From contig CP068257.2 in the NCBI GenBank assembly GCA_009914755.4, forward strand, positions 41,504,001 to 41,568,000: a DNA stretch of 64,000 nucleotides. The letters are read 5' to 3'. Origin of the DNA: the human T2T-CHM13v2.0 reference genome, Homo sapiens. The translations under genes and the position numbers were made by a program. Below are positions 21,613 to 37,413 of the stretch, one piece after another. The notes under the pieces are model-generated. The model was not told the DNA's origin. It saw nothing but the letters and a program-made list of their open reading frames with translations, and did not search any database. The first letter of the stretch is position 1. Every line of letters begins with the position of its first letter.

Positions 21613-22423
21613 GAGGATATGAGTTTGCTGCTCTTTAAATCGATGACTTTGCAGCTCTTCATCTGAAGAGGTGGCGTCTGTTTCTCCTGTTTGAGTGTGG
21701 CACATCCAGGAGAGTGGCTTTGAGCAGTGGTGTGGCAGACGTGACTGTAGGCCAGCCCTGAGCTGAGGCTGCCAGGGGACTGCACACTTCTTCTCTCAGC
21801 TCTGCCAGCTGCTGCACTGTGTCTGGGCCAGCCCGCTGGAGCACAGAGTTCAGTGCATTGGGACAGCTACAGCCCATTGCATCGGGACAGCCCACAGCAA
21901 CAAGACCCACCTGTCGCCACTGCAGGTGCGTGAGGGTGCCCGGCTGAGAGCAGACAAACCGCCTAGCAGGTGGCTTTTCAAGCGGAATCACAGACTAGCT
22001 CCATCGCTGTGGTGAACGTTCTCCCCAGTGCCAGGATTCCACTTGGCCCCTGACTGCTTGAGCAGCCGATGTGACAGCCATCTCTCTGCTGCCGTGCATG
22101 TCGGCTGGGCTGGAGCCAGTGCATCAGGAAGTAGACGCAGAAGTGGATCAGGAGCAAAACATTCCTGAGAGCTGGCAGAAGCTGGCGTCTGGAGCCGCTG
22201 GGATGCGGGTATGGGCTCTCTCAGTGGCGGAGGAACAGCCTCCTGGCAGAACCAAAGGTTGCTTTGTGCCTTCGATGCTGCTGCTGGCCAGAGTGGTTTT
22301 CTGTCTCAGACCCTGTACCACGTGTCTGTTCTTTCTCATTTTTTACTTAAAGGAGAAGAAAATGATTATGTGTACATGCTGGTGGCACACATAACTTAGT
22401 ATTAAGTATTACAAAGTCTTACA

Positions 22424-22971
<548 letters not shown>

Positions 22972-23685
22972 TCATCCATTGCGTATTTCTTGAGCACCTC
23001 CTATGAACCAGATGCTGCTTGAGGAACTGGGGTTACCAGGGCAAATGAGACCAGGCCCCTGCCCTCGGGGGCCCCAGGTTCAGTGGGAGAGAGAAGACAA
23101 AAAAAAGGAAAAGAAGTGAGCTAATTTCAGATAGTGCTTAGAGCTGTGGAGAGAATGCGTGGCACTCGGAGGCCCTGAGCAGCCCAGATGGTGAAGCAGC
23201 TGTGGTTGTGGTGTTGAGAGTGTGACCCTGAAAAGATGTAGAGTTGAGAGTGAGTGAAGGCCCGGGGTCGGCAGGGGCGGGGTGGCGGCTGGAGCATGAG
23301 CTCTATGTGGAGGAGCAGTGAGCAGACCACTGTGCCCGGAACTTGGTGGGGGTCCAGGGCCAGGTGAGGCTGGCAGAGTTTGGGGAGGGGCTCCTGGCCC
23401 AAATCAGGTGGGCTGTGGCATGGAGCATGATGTCATCCTAAAACCATCCTAAGGACACTTCAGACGGTCACTTTCTCAATCTGGGCCTTGGTTTGTTGAT
23501 CTGTGGAATGGGAGTTGCACTAGTTGATTCCTGGGGTCCCTTCTGAAACCCCCAACTTTGTGAGTCCATGACATGAAACATAACCCCCCTGCCATGGTCT
23601 GCAGAAAGCTGTAAACTCTCCCTCCCCAGGGAGACAGACGCTCGTCTCCCTGGCTGCCCAAAGCGCAGGGAGTCTCATGTTCTGA

Positions 23686-24017
<332 letters not shown>

Positions 24018-24199
24018 TGGCTCTCACTTTCGTGTTCTTTCCATGTAATCACACATGAATGGTTGTCACAAGATCTCACAGGGAAATAATTTAGCAAGTG
24101 AATCTCAGTTTTAAAAAGGAAGGTGTTTGTGTTTTATCAGCATCTGTAATTGATCAGACCATATAGTTAAACCCCTAAGAAGACTTAAGGTCTTATCTC

Positions 24200-24520
24200 C
24201 CTCAGCTGAGACTTCTGTGACAAATGCCACAGATACACAGATTAAACAACAGAAATTGATTTCTCACAGTTCTGGAGCCTGGAAATTCAAGATCAAGCTG
24301 CTGGTCAGTGCTGTTCCTAGTGAGGTCTCTCTTCCTGGTTTGCAGACAGCTGCCTTCTCATTGTATCCTCAGACGGTGAGGAGAGAGAGAGAGTGAGCAA
24401 GCTCTCTTCTCTCTTCTTATAAAGGCACTAACCTCATTATAGGGCCCCATCCTCATAACCTTATTACCTCCGAGTCCTCACCTCCTAACACCATAGGAGG
24501 TTAGGGTTTCAACATTTTAA
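24200..24520 (+). mobile_element. old interspersed repeat (recurrent MER/LTR-like family; name not recalled)
   Basis: cagaaattgatttctcacagttctggagcctggaaattcaagatcaagctgctgg...tcttcttataaaggcactaacctcattatagggccccatcctcataacc. The same family recurs at 30.1, 39.9 and 50.0 kb. Confidence 0.5.
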
Positions 24521-25326
24521 TTTTGATAAATATTCAGTTCATAACAGGTCTGCACCTGGGGTCCATATAGGTCAGTTTTATTTCCAGCAGAATAATGGTG
24601 ATCTGTACCACCATTACACCTGCCTGTATGCAGGCAACCCATATTCATGGCTTTCCATAAATGGCTTTATTCTTTCCGAAAATGGCATTTTTATTTCGCT
24701 TACTGTGTGTGTGATTAATACCTTCTCATGGTTCAAAATAAAAATAACCAAAAAGTCCCCTGCTGGCTCTGTGCTCAGCCTCCTACAACCTCACCAGGAG
24801 CAGCCAGTGTGACCAGTTTCATGCGGGCCCTAGAGATATTTTATGTAGTTACAAGCAATTGCATATGTATTTCCTGTTTTGGCATAAATGTTAGCACACC
24901 ATACATACGTTGTTCTCCATGTTATTTTTATGTAATAAGTTGGAGATATTTCCATATCTCTAGAAGGAAGGAGATACGAAAACAAAGAATTTCTTTTTGT
25001 GTGTGTGCCACAATAGCAAAGAAATTTCTTCATTTTTCAATGGTAAAATACACGTAACATAAAATTCACCATTTTAACCTTTTACTAATAAGTGTACAGT
25101 TCAGTGATATTAAGTACATTTGCATTGTTGTGCAACCATCACTACCACCAACCTCCAGAACTCTTTTTTGTCTTGCAAAATCAAAACTCTGTCCCCGTTA
25201 AACACTAACTGCCTGTTCTCCTTCCCTCAGCCCCTGACACCTACCATTCTATTGTCCGTCTCTATGCATATGACTCCTCTAAGAAACTCAAACAAGTGCA
25301 ATCATTTGTTCTTTTGTGACTGTCTT

Positions 25327-25583
25327 TTTTTTTTTTTTTTGAGACAGAATCTTGTTCTATCGCCTAGGCTGGAGTGCAGTGGTGCGATCTCAGCTCATTG
25401 CAACTTGCACTCCTGGGCTCAAGTGATTCTCCTGCCTCAGCCTCCCGAGTAGCTGGGATTACAGGTGTGTGCCACCACTCCCAGCAATTTTTTTTTGTTT
25501 GTATTTTTAATAGAAACAGGGTTTCACCATGTTGGTCAGGCTGGTCCCAAACTCGGATTACAGGCGTGAGCCACTGCGCCCGG
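25327..25583 (-). mobile_element. Alu SINE with an internal deletion in the left arm
   Basis: poly-T then gagacagaatcttgttctatcgcctaggctggagtgcagtggtgcgatc...ggattacaggcgtgagccactgcgcccggcc. Confidence 0.85.
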
Positions 25584-26648
25584 CCTGTGACTGCTTTGTT
25601 TTACTGAGCATATTGTCTTCAAGGTTCATCCATGTGGTAGCATGTGTCAAAATGCCTTCCTTTCTAAAGGTGAATAATATTTCACTGCATGTACAGACCA
25701 CATTGTGTTTATCTGTTGACCTGTTGGTGGACGCCTGGGTTGTTTCCACCTCTTGGCTGTTGTGAATGACGCTGCTGTGAACATGAATGTGCAGATTTCC
25801 TCATTTTTCAACCACTGCAGGCTGTTCCACGCAGCAGAGGCTGGTACACCTACTCTCTACGGTGCACATTTAGGGAGTGTCCGTTTTTCACTAACACCAA
25901 CAGCTGCAACAGTAATCTTGTGCACAGGTGACTGCACATGTGCGACTCTGTATTTGCAGCATACAGTTCTAGAGGTGGCATGGCTGCATCAAATGGAACG
26001 TGCGTTTGTAATTTGGTTACCCCATGTCTCTAAGGCATTTTAGTTTGGCAGCTGTTAGAAGCTGGTTTCGGATCAAATCTTGCAAGTGGCGGGAGGGTTG
26101 TGGGTGTCTTTATCAGGCTAGAGTCATGGAAAGAATGTGCCCCTTTCAGACCTTGACCTCTGTTGGGGTTACATCTTTAAAGGCACCGTCTTTCCACTTT
26201 GGAAATGGAAGTGTCCCACTTGCTGTGCTGACGGACACTAGAGGGCGGAGTTCCCCATCTTTCAGGCAATGTGAAGGCTCAGTCCACTTCTCCACTTCTG
26301 CAACTACAGAGGTGATTATTTGGGACCACTGGATTGGGGGGAGAAAGTCAGTGTCTCCCAAGGGGTACGGCACAGGACAGAGAACCAGTATTGGAGCTCA
26401 GACAGGCTCGGGGGACTGGGAGATGGAAGCCATCGCCTTTACCTTGGGCATTTCATCTTAGGTCCCATGGAAACAGGGGCCATGGGTTGGTACTTATCAT
26501 TTCTTTTAAACAGATAATGGCATACAGTAAGTCCTCAATTTCATCACAGCTTCCTGGAAACTGTGACTTTAAGCAAGACAACATATAATGAAACCAATTT
26601 TACCATAGGCTAGTTGATATAAACAAGAGTTAAATTCCTATGTCATAG

Positions 26649-26932
<284 letters not shown>

Positions 26933-26967
26933 AGAGGCATATTTCTGCTCTCAAAACATCACCAGAA

Positions 26968-27270
26968 CAGGTGTGGTGGCTCACACCTGTAATCCCAGCA
27001 CTTCGGGAGGCTGAGGTGGCAGATCTCTTGAGGCAAGGAGTTCAAAACCAGCCTGGGCGACATGATGAAACCCCATCTCTACAAAAAATGCCCCCCAAAT
27101 TAGCCAGGAAAGGTGGTGTGTGCCTGTGGTCCCAGCTACTTAGGAGGCTGAGGTGGGAGGATTGCTTGAGCCTCAGAGGCTAAGGTTGCGGTGAGCTGTG
27201 ATCACACCACCACACTCCAGCCTGGGCGACGGAACAAAACCCTATTTCCAAAAAAACCCCACAAAAAAAC
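26968..27270 (+). mobile_element. Alu SINE
   Basis: caggtgtggtggctcacacctgtaatcccagcacttcgggaggctgaggtggcagatc...cctatttccaaaaaaaccccacaaaaaaacaaaaaa. Confidence 0.9.
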
Positions 27271-27599
27271 AAAAAACACCACCAAATTTCTAAAGACCCA
27301 AACACTTCTAATATTAAACATTGAAATAAATGTAAACTATCCCTACATGTAGAGGTAGCTACACCTACATAAGGAAGATTAATACAAACAAGTGAGATCA
27401 TGATCTACCCAATATTTGGGATGTCCGTGAGTGATGGCGGTGGTAGTGGTGGTGGTGAAATCACGGAATCAATGTCTGCAAAGCACACGCTCTTGGGAGC
27501 ACCTCCTCCCACCGCACAGCTGAAAGACAAGCGACCGTGAGTATGGCGGCTCCTTGAGCACCCTCACACGCGGCGTTTGTTGTCATGCGTTTGTGTGAT

Positions 27600-27900
27600 T
27601 ACCGTAGGCTTTATAATTTTTATTTGATAATTTATATTCATGTATTCATTCATTTTCCAACTTGCTTTCTCCAGTTCAGAGTGGCAGGTGACCAGGGCCC
27701 ATCCTGGAGGCTCAGTGCCAAGGTGGGCACCCGCCCTGGATAGGACAGGCCTCCATGGGACACCCACACTCACTCGGACTAGGCCCATGTAGACATGCCG
27801 TGAGGCTGAGGTGTATACTTGGGATGTGGGAGGAAACTGGAGGACCTGGAGAAAACCCGCGCGGACCTGGGGAGACCTCCTCAATGCTCCCTAGAATGAA
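27600..27900 (-). mobile_element. relic of an ancient Deu-domain SINE (AmnSINE1/LF-SINE/MamSINE-like)
   Basis: The reverse complement of 27810-27880 reads ggtctccccaggtccgcgcgggttttctccaggtcctccagtttcctcccacatccc. This matches the Deu core I recall (ttctccccgtgt.cgcgtgggttt.ctccgggt.ctccggtttcctcccacagtcc) at ~85%. The downstream part (tatccagggcgggtgcccacct) resembles the SINE3-like tail (tgtccagggtgtaccccgcct). The boundaries are approximate. Confidence 0.5.
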
Positions 27901-28732
27901 ACGATGGGATTTGAGGACCTGCTGTATTTATTTGTCCCAATCCAGCGGCCCTGGCCTTCAGTGCACAGTAGTCCCTGCTGCTGGGCACACATCCCCTCAT
28001 GCTCAGTCCATTGACCAGGACTGGGCACATGGCCTCACCTAGCTGCGGGCAGTGGCTTCTGCCCTGGGGCAGGCAGCTGCTCCAGGTCTGGAGATGAGCC
28101 CCACCTCCAGGTGCAGCTGCTCCAGGTGTGGAAACGGGGCTCTACCTCGTGGGGAGCGTCCGCTGCGGGCCACAACCTTGCTGGGAGGCTGCGGGAGATG
28201 GGGGGTAAGAGGGGTGATGTTGAGGCTTTCCCTCCTCGGCAGTGACCGGCGCAGCCCTCCCCAGTGTAGCTCCCCCCTCCCCACCCCTCCCTCCATCTGG
28301 AACACAGCACGGGGGCTGCCCTCCAGCCCTCAGTGTGCAGGGCTTGCACACCTTGGCTTGCAGGGCATTTGGGGGATCCCAGTGGGGCAACTGCCAGCTG
28401 GAGAGATGCTGGTGCCCAGCCGTGCTGCTCCTGGGGGCAGGCTGGGTAGGGGCTGAGGGGCTGGAGTGAGCGGTCCACAGTCATCCAGGAACAACAGGGC
28501 TCTCACCTGGCAGGGCTCCCAGGCACGTTGATGGAGGGAGGGTTTCCTCAGTCCTCTCCCCCAGCCCTTACTGGGCAGTACCCCCACCCACCATACTGTC
28601 TCTTGCCTGGGTCTCAGGTGGTCGGCGCTGTCTGGCCCCTGCCTCTCCCTCTGTCCCTTCAGCTGAAGCGGGCTCCACGCCATCCCAGGACTTCCCGCGC
28701 GGTCTGAAGCACAGCCACATCCGGTCTGACCG

Positions 28733-28812
28733 TCCCTCACCCCTCCCTCACCCCTCCCTCGCCCCCCCTCGCCCCTCCCTCGCCCCTCCCTCGCCCCCCC
28801 TCGCCACCCCAG
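28733..28812. repeat. GC-rich minisatellite, ~11-bp unit (cccctccctcg)n x ~7
   Basis: ccctcacccctccctcacccctccctcgccccccctcgcccctccctcgcccctccctcgccccccctcgcc. Confidence 0.85.
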
Positions 28813-29452
28813 GAGGAAATAGAGGCTGAGTGTCCGTGCCCTGCAGCCGAGCAGCCACCCTTGCCTTTGGCCCCACCTTCGCCTGCCTGGCGGCCGTCCT
28901 GTCACCTGTCATTCAGCCCTTGCTGTCTGCTGGGCACGTGCCCTGCAGGTGGGGTGCACGGCAGGCCCATGAGTGCCCACCATGCCTCGCCATTCAGGAA
29001 GCCACCCAGGTGCTCCGGGCGGTGTCAGGGCAGGGTGCGTCTGTGCGGCGTTTGCATGTGTCCACCGTCCTGACCGGGGGCAGGGCCACGTCCCACACAT
29101 CTTTCTGCCTAACTTATGATGTGGCAAAGACACATCCCGATACCTCTCCCGGGTGGGCCTGTGAGCTGGGCTCTGTGACGCCAAGGCCCAGGACCTGCTC
29201 AGCCCTGGGAAGATGGAACTGGAGGGGACCTTGAGATGGCTGGCCCAGCCCCTTGTCTTATAGACAGGGAGACAGCAGAAAGGGAGATGGAGTCACCGGC
29301 CAGGACCCCAGCTATGAGTGGGAGCTGGACCAGGAGTTGAGTGTCCTGAGCCACCTCCTCCCTGTGCTGGGTCCACTCTCAGAAACACTCCAGGTCTGGA
29401 GGCAGACCTGGAGGCAGGGCAGGGCAGGGCAGGGAGGGCAGAATGGCTATGA

Positions 29453-30560
<1,108 letters not shown>

Positions 30561-31757
30561 AGGTCCTTGGTGAGCCAGGTAGAATGAGCTGGTGGTGTGG
30601 GCAGTGGCTTGAGAGAGCCGCTATGCCAGTAGCTTTGTGGAAGTTTCGGGGCCGTGGTTTCTCTGAGACCGTTTACATAGGTTCTCAGTAGGGGCTGGAA
30701 GAGGCTGTGGGCGTTTGTGTCAGGGTGACTGGGTGGAGGTGGCCGGTCTGCATGCCGGTTCATCAAGGGGAGGATGTCCCATGGATCAGGGGCCAGAATG
30801 GAGCCAGCTGCCTCCCTCCGGCTCCCAGAGCCACCCCAGGCCATGCACAACTTTGAGCCCTCAGAGGTCCAGTTCCTCGGTCGGTCTTTCCTCAGCTTCC
30901 TCCTCTGTAGGCCATGGAGCTGACCATCCTGCCTCTGGCAGCTGTGGTGCTGTTTAGGGGAACGGTCATTGCCTTCATCTCCATTTTATAGTTGGGGAAA
31001 CTGAGGCTCAGAGGAACGAAAACTCTGGGTAGGAGCACAGAAAGAGCAGAGCATGGGCGGTGGACAAAGAGTCGCCGTCCCTGACAGTCTCGCGGTCGGA
31101 CCTTGGTCACGTGTGGTCTGGGGCTCTCGCCTCCTCCCAGCTCTGAGGTTCTCTGCATGAACTCCAAGGAAACAGCCTGTTCTGGGATGGCAGGAGCTGG
31201 TGGACTTCCAAGTTAGAAACACAAAGATGCCATGAGCTTAGGGTTCTGGAAGGCCCTGGGGTGTCCGCTAGGTGTAAGGTGCTGGTGGCCCTGGTCAAAC
31301 AACCCCTAAGGGTGGGCAGAGTGGGGGGCAGGTGGGAAAAACAGATTGACACTCCCAGATTGGACTCCAGGTGACGGCCTGCTGGTGCCCACCTGGCTAG
31401 AACTTTCTATTCCTTTTTGTCCAGGTCTCATGGAACAAGGAAATCAAAAAAACACCCGCCCGTGCACAAATGGATTTCCTGAACCCTTCTGTGCGCCAGT
31501 CCTTGGGGACGCAAATGTGAATGAGGCGGCGCTCTGTTGAATTTCCGTGCCCAAACTCACCAACGTGCACAGATACTGATGTGGGAACACCCGCTATAAG
31601 GTGGCCTGGAGCAGTGAAGACCCTGCTCTCTTGTGAACTCCCGCAACCATGGCCAGCCCCCTGGGGCTCCCAGACCTTGGCAGTCAGCCCTTGTGGTTTT
31701 TAAAAAATTTATTTTTATTTTTATTTTTAGAGGCAGGGTCTCATTATGTCACCCAGT

Positions 31758-32391
<634 letters not shown>

Positions 32392-32392
<1 letters not shown>

Positions 32393-32515
32393 AGGTTGGA
32401 GTGCAGTGGCGCCATCTTGACTTACTGCAGCCTTGACCTCCAGCTTTCAAACGATCCTCCTCCCTTGGCCTCCCAAAGTGTTGGGGTCACAGGTGTGAAC
32501 CACCATGTCCAGCCA
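32392..32515 (-). mobile_element. Alu fragment (left arm)
   Basis: ccaggttggagtgcagtggcgccatcttgacttactgcagccttgacctccagc...ggggtcacaggtgtgaaccaccatgtccagcc. Confidence 0.75.
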
Positions 32516-33164
32516 GCCCTTGGGTTTTGAGATGCTCAAGTTACAGGTGAGAAGTGCTTTGTTTGTTCCGGAATCTGTGTCCTGAGAGGGTTAAAGACAA
32601 GGGCTGGCCAGCCCCTAGAACCTGGCCGTGTCACCAGGGGAGCTGTGGAAGCAGGAGGGAAGCAGGAGGGAGGCAGCAGTTCTGTGCCGTGGGGCACCTT
32701 GGGCTTTTCTTTTTTCTTTCTAATAGAGAAGCAACATTTTGAATAAATCCACAAAAGCGTAGAAGATCATCTCATCGGTTTCTGTGTGTGAAGTTTCATG
32801 CTTATCTAACTGCATTTAGGAAAATTCACGTGTACATTTTTCCCAAGGGGAGCGAGAGGATGTGAGCGTTCTACTTGTTCATTTCATATCTGCTTTTACA
32901 AATTCATAGGGAGGGTGAGGAAGGAGCTGTGGTTCTCATTGCGACTGATGTTTGATTATTTGATTCAGGAATTTCACTTCTGGGAACTTGACTTAGGGAA
33001 ATGCTCTCAGAGACGCGTGCGATGTTGTTTGTAACAAGCACATGTGGAGATGTCCCGGGCCCCTCATGAGGCGGCTGCTTGTGTCCGTTTGTACCTCTTG
33101 CCAGCTGTGCAGTGTCGCTCAGCTCCCAGAAGGAGGGAGGCAGGTCCAGGCATTGATGGTTAGT

Positions 33165-33640
<476 letters not shown>

Positions 33641-34206
33641 TGAGCTCCTTGAGGGCCGAACCTGGGCCTGTCAGTTCTGGGCTACCTCCACTTCCCAGCA
33701 GGCCCTCAAGAAGGGTTCCCTAGATGTGGTCTATTCCCACGGGAGACTATCATTCAGCCGTCGAAAGGAAGGGAATTCTGATGCAGGCTAGACAGGAATG
33801 AGGACATTAGGCTGAGTCAAAGAGGCCAGTCACAGACGCACAAGTACGGTGACCTCCCCTTTGATGAGGCCCTGGAGGAGTCAGATTCACAGAGACAGAA
33901 AGCAGAATGGTGGCACCGGGGCTGGGGGATGGGGAACGGGGGCGGAGTGTTGAACGGGGACAGAGTTTGCTTTGCACGATGAAGAGTTCTGTGGCTGGAT
34001 GTCAGGGATGGTTGCACAAGACTGGAATGTACTTGATGCCACTGAACTGTGCACTTAAAAATGGTCATGATGGTAAATTTTACGTTATACATGTTTCACC
34101 ATAGTTCGAAAAATACTTTAAAAAAAGCACCATGTCCCTTGGATTTAGTGATACCGACCCCTCTTTGTCCCTCTGCTTCCCAGTGGTTTCTTCTTGCCCC
34201 TGGGAT

Positions 34207-35167
34207 TTGTAGGGATGGGTTGCCCCTCCACACCTGTGGGTGTTTCTCGTAAGGTGGGACGAGAGATTTGGAAAAGAAAAAGACACAGAGACAAAGTATA
34301 GAGAAAGAAATAAGGGGACCCGGGGAACCAGCGTTCAGCATATGGAGGATCCCGCCAGCCTCTGAGTTCCCTTAGTATTTATTCATCATTTGTGGGTGTT
34401 TCTCGAAGAGGGGGATGTGTCAGGGTCACAAGACAATTGTGGGGAGAGGGTCAGCAGACAAACACGTGAACAAAGGTCTTTGCATCATAGACAAGGTAAA
34501 GGATTAAGTGCTGTGCTTTTAGATATGCATACACATAAACATCTCAATGCTTTACAAAGCAGTATTGCTGCCCGCAGGTCCCACCTCCAGCCCTAAGGCG
34601 GTTTTTCCCTATCTCAGTAGATGGAGCATACAATCGGGTTTTATACCGAGACATTCCATTGCCCAGGGACGGGCAGGAGACAGATGCCTTCCTCTTGTCT
34701 CAACTGCAAGAGGCGTTCCTTCCTCTTTTACTAATCCTCCTCAGCACAGACCCTTTATGGGTGTCGGGCTGGGGGACGGTCAGGTCTTTCCCTTCCCACG
34801 AGGCCATATCTCAGACTATCACATGGGGAGAAACCTTGGACAATACCTGGCTTTCCTAGGCAGAGGTCCCTGCGGCCTTCCGCAGTTTTTGTGTCCCTGG
34901 GTACTTGAGATTAGGGAGTGGTGATGACTCTTAAGGAGCATGCTGCCTTCAAGCATCTGTTTAACAAAGCACATCTGGCACCGCCCTTAATCCATTCAAC
35001 TCTGAGTTGACACAGCACATGTTTCAGAGAGCACGGGGTTGGGGGTAAGGTCACAGAATCTCAAGGCAGAAGAATTTTTCTTAGTACATAACAAAATGGA
35101 GTCTCCTATGTCTACTTCTTTCTACACAGACACAGTAACAATCTGATCTTTCTTGCTTTTCCCCACA
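34207..35167 (-). mobile_element. solo LTR5 (HERV-K HML-2 LTR, LTR5_Hs-like), ~960 bp, with 6-bp target-site duplication GGATTT
   Basis: The reverse complement begins TGTGGGGAAAAGCAAGAAAGATCAGATTGTTACTGTGTCTGTGTAGAAAGAAGTAGACATAGGAGACTCCATTTTGTTATGTACTAAGAAAAATTCTTCTGCCTTGAGATTCTGTGACCTTACCCCCAACCCCGTGCTCTCTGAAACATGTGCTGTGTCAACTCAGAG... and ends ...CACCCACAGGTGTGGAGGGGCAACCCATCCCTACA. This matches LTR5 along its whole length with low divergence. The flanks are gggatt|TGTAGGG and CCCCACA|ggattt. Confidence 0.85.
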
Positions 35168-35652
35168 GGATTTAACAACAAATCCTAATGCACGTGGGGG
35201 CCAGCGGCAGTGACTGTAGTCCCCTTGGCAGGCGAAGGCCTGTGAGTAGCCAGTGCTATGTCTGGCATTCTAGGCAGCTCCTGGCTCCCGGGCGGATCCT
35301 CCTGTTGCCTGCTGGGCCAGCCTCAGGTCGGCCCTTCCAGCTCTGTAAAACTCAGAAGGCCTTTAGGGCAGGCACTGTGCCACTGACCCCCTCTCTGTGT
35401 CCCAGGGCCCGGTACAATGAGATGATCATGGAATTAAACAGAACAGAACCATGAGGTGTCCACCAGGCCATGCCAGGATGCACTGGCTTCACCTGTGATT
35501 TTGGCACCAGTTTAAACAGTGTCACTTCATTCTGTGCTTCTCCTGATTAGTCTGCCTTCTGGCCGATATATCCCTGGGAGGCAGGTGCAGACCCCTCTTG
35601 ACTATGTACTGTGTGCAGTTTTGGGGACAGAGCTCTTTATGTGGCCAAGGTC

Positions 35653-35955
35653 TGGCTGGGCAAGGTGTCTCATACCTGTAATCCCAGCACTTTGGGAGGC
35701 TGAGGCCAGAGGACTGCTTGAGGCCAGGAGTTTGAGAACAGCCTGGGCAACATAGCAAGACCCCATCTCTACAAAAAATAAATAAAAATTAGCCAAGTGC
35801 GCCTGTGGTCTAGCTACTCCAGAGGCTGAAATGGGAGGATCACTTGGGCCCAGGAGGTTAAGGCTGCAGTGAACTGTGATAGCACCACTGCACTCCAGCC
35901 TGGGCAACAGAGTGAGACCCTGTCGCAAAAAAAAAAAAAAAAAAAAAAAAAAGGG
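35653..35955 (+). mobile_element. Alu SINE with a 35-nt polyA tail
   Basis: ggctgggcaaggtgtctcatacctgtaatcccagcactttgggaggctgaggccagagg...gagaccctgtcgcaaaaaaaaaaaaaaaaaaaaaaaaaaagg. Confidence 0.9.
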
Positions 35956-36812
35956 GCCAAGGTCCTTTCCCAGGACGTCAGGACGAATGTATGGAGCAGC
36001 AGCAGGGGTCTCAACGAGTGCCGCGCCGTTTCCAGCCGTGCGCACGTCCCTGTGGCTGCCGCAAGGAACAGAACGACTTGGTCATCTTGCAGTGGAAGTC
36101 AGAAGCCTGAAGTGGGTCCCGCTGGGTGATAATCAAAGTGCCAGCTGGCCTGCGTTGCTTCTGAAGCCTCTAGGAGAGAATCCACCTCCTTGCCTCTTCC
36201 AGCTTTTAGAGGCCGCCCTGTTCTGTCATAACTCAAGGCCCTGCATATGGCACAGGTGTGACTGTTCGCGCCCGCAGCTCCTTCACCAACCCTCCTGCCA
36301 CCCTCCTTCCCTGCTTTCCTGTAAGGACCCCTGTGGTGACGTCAGGGCCACCTGGGTATCCAGAAGCATCTCCCCAGCTCGTGATCCCTCACTTAATCCC
36401 ATCTCCAGCTGCCTTTTGCAGAGTAATGTGCACATTCATGGGTGCTGGGGACGGGGACATGGACATCTTGGGGTCGGGGTCATTATTCTGCCCACCACAG
36501 CCAACAATTACAATCAATGGGGATGAGAACTGGAAATGGTCCTGTATGATTCTCTTGCTGCCAGGCTTGAGAGCCAGCCAGGAGCACGCTGGGGGCCGAG
36601 CGTGGGAACGTGCCACATGTGACGGTGCTCCCACGGCTCAGCGCTGCTTCCAGACACAGTCCTACTAGTTGGAGCCTATTTTGGCCACAGCTCTCACCTG
36701 CGTTTTGGTGGTGGGAGGGGTGTTTCTGGGTTCCAGGTGAAGTTGGTTACACCTCCTGGGTGTTCAGGCATCAATGTTCACCTTCATCAAACGTTTAAAA
36801 AATTGTGGTTAG

Positions 36813-37413
<601 letters not shown>

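Noticed and set aside
28035-29234. Cluster of overlapping 80-190-aa ORFs on both strands
   Set aside because: GC-rich sequence with a GC minisatellite (28733-28812) and a short tandem duplication (28072-28150). The ORFs are mutually overlapping and Pro/Gly/Arg-rich. No splice-flanked exon is evident
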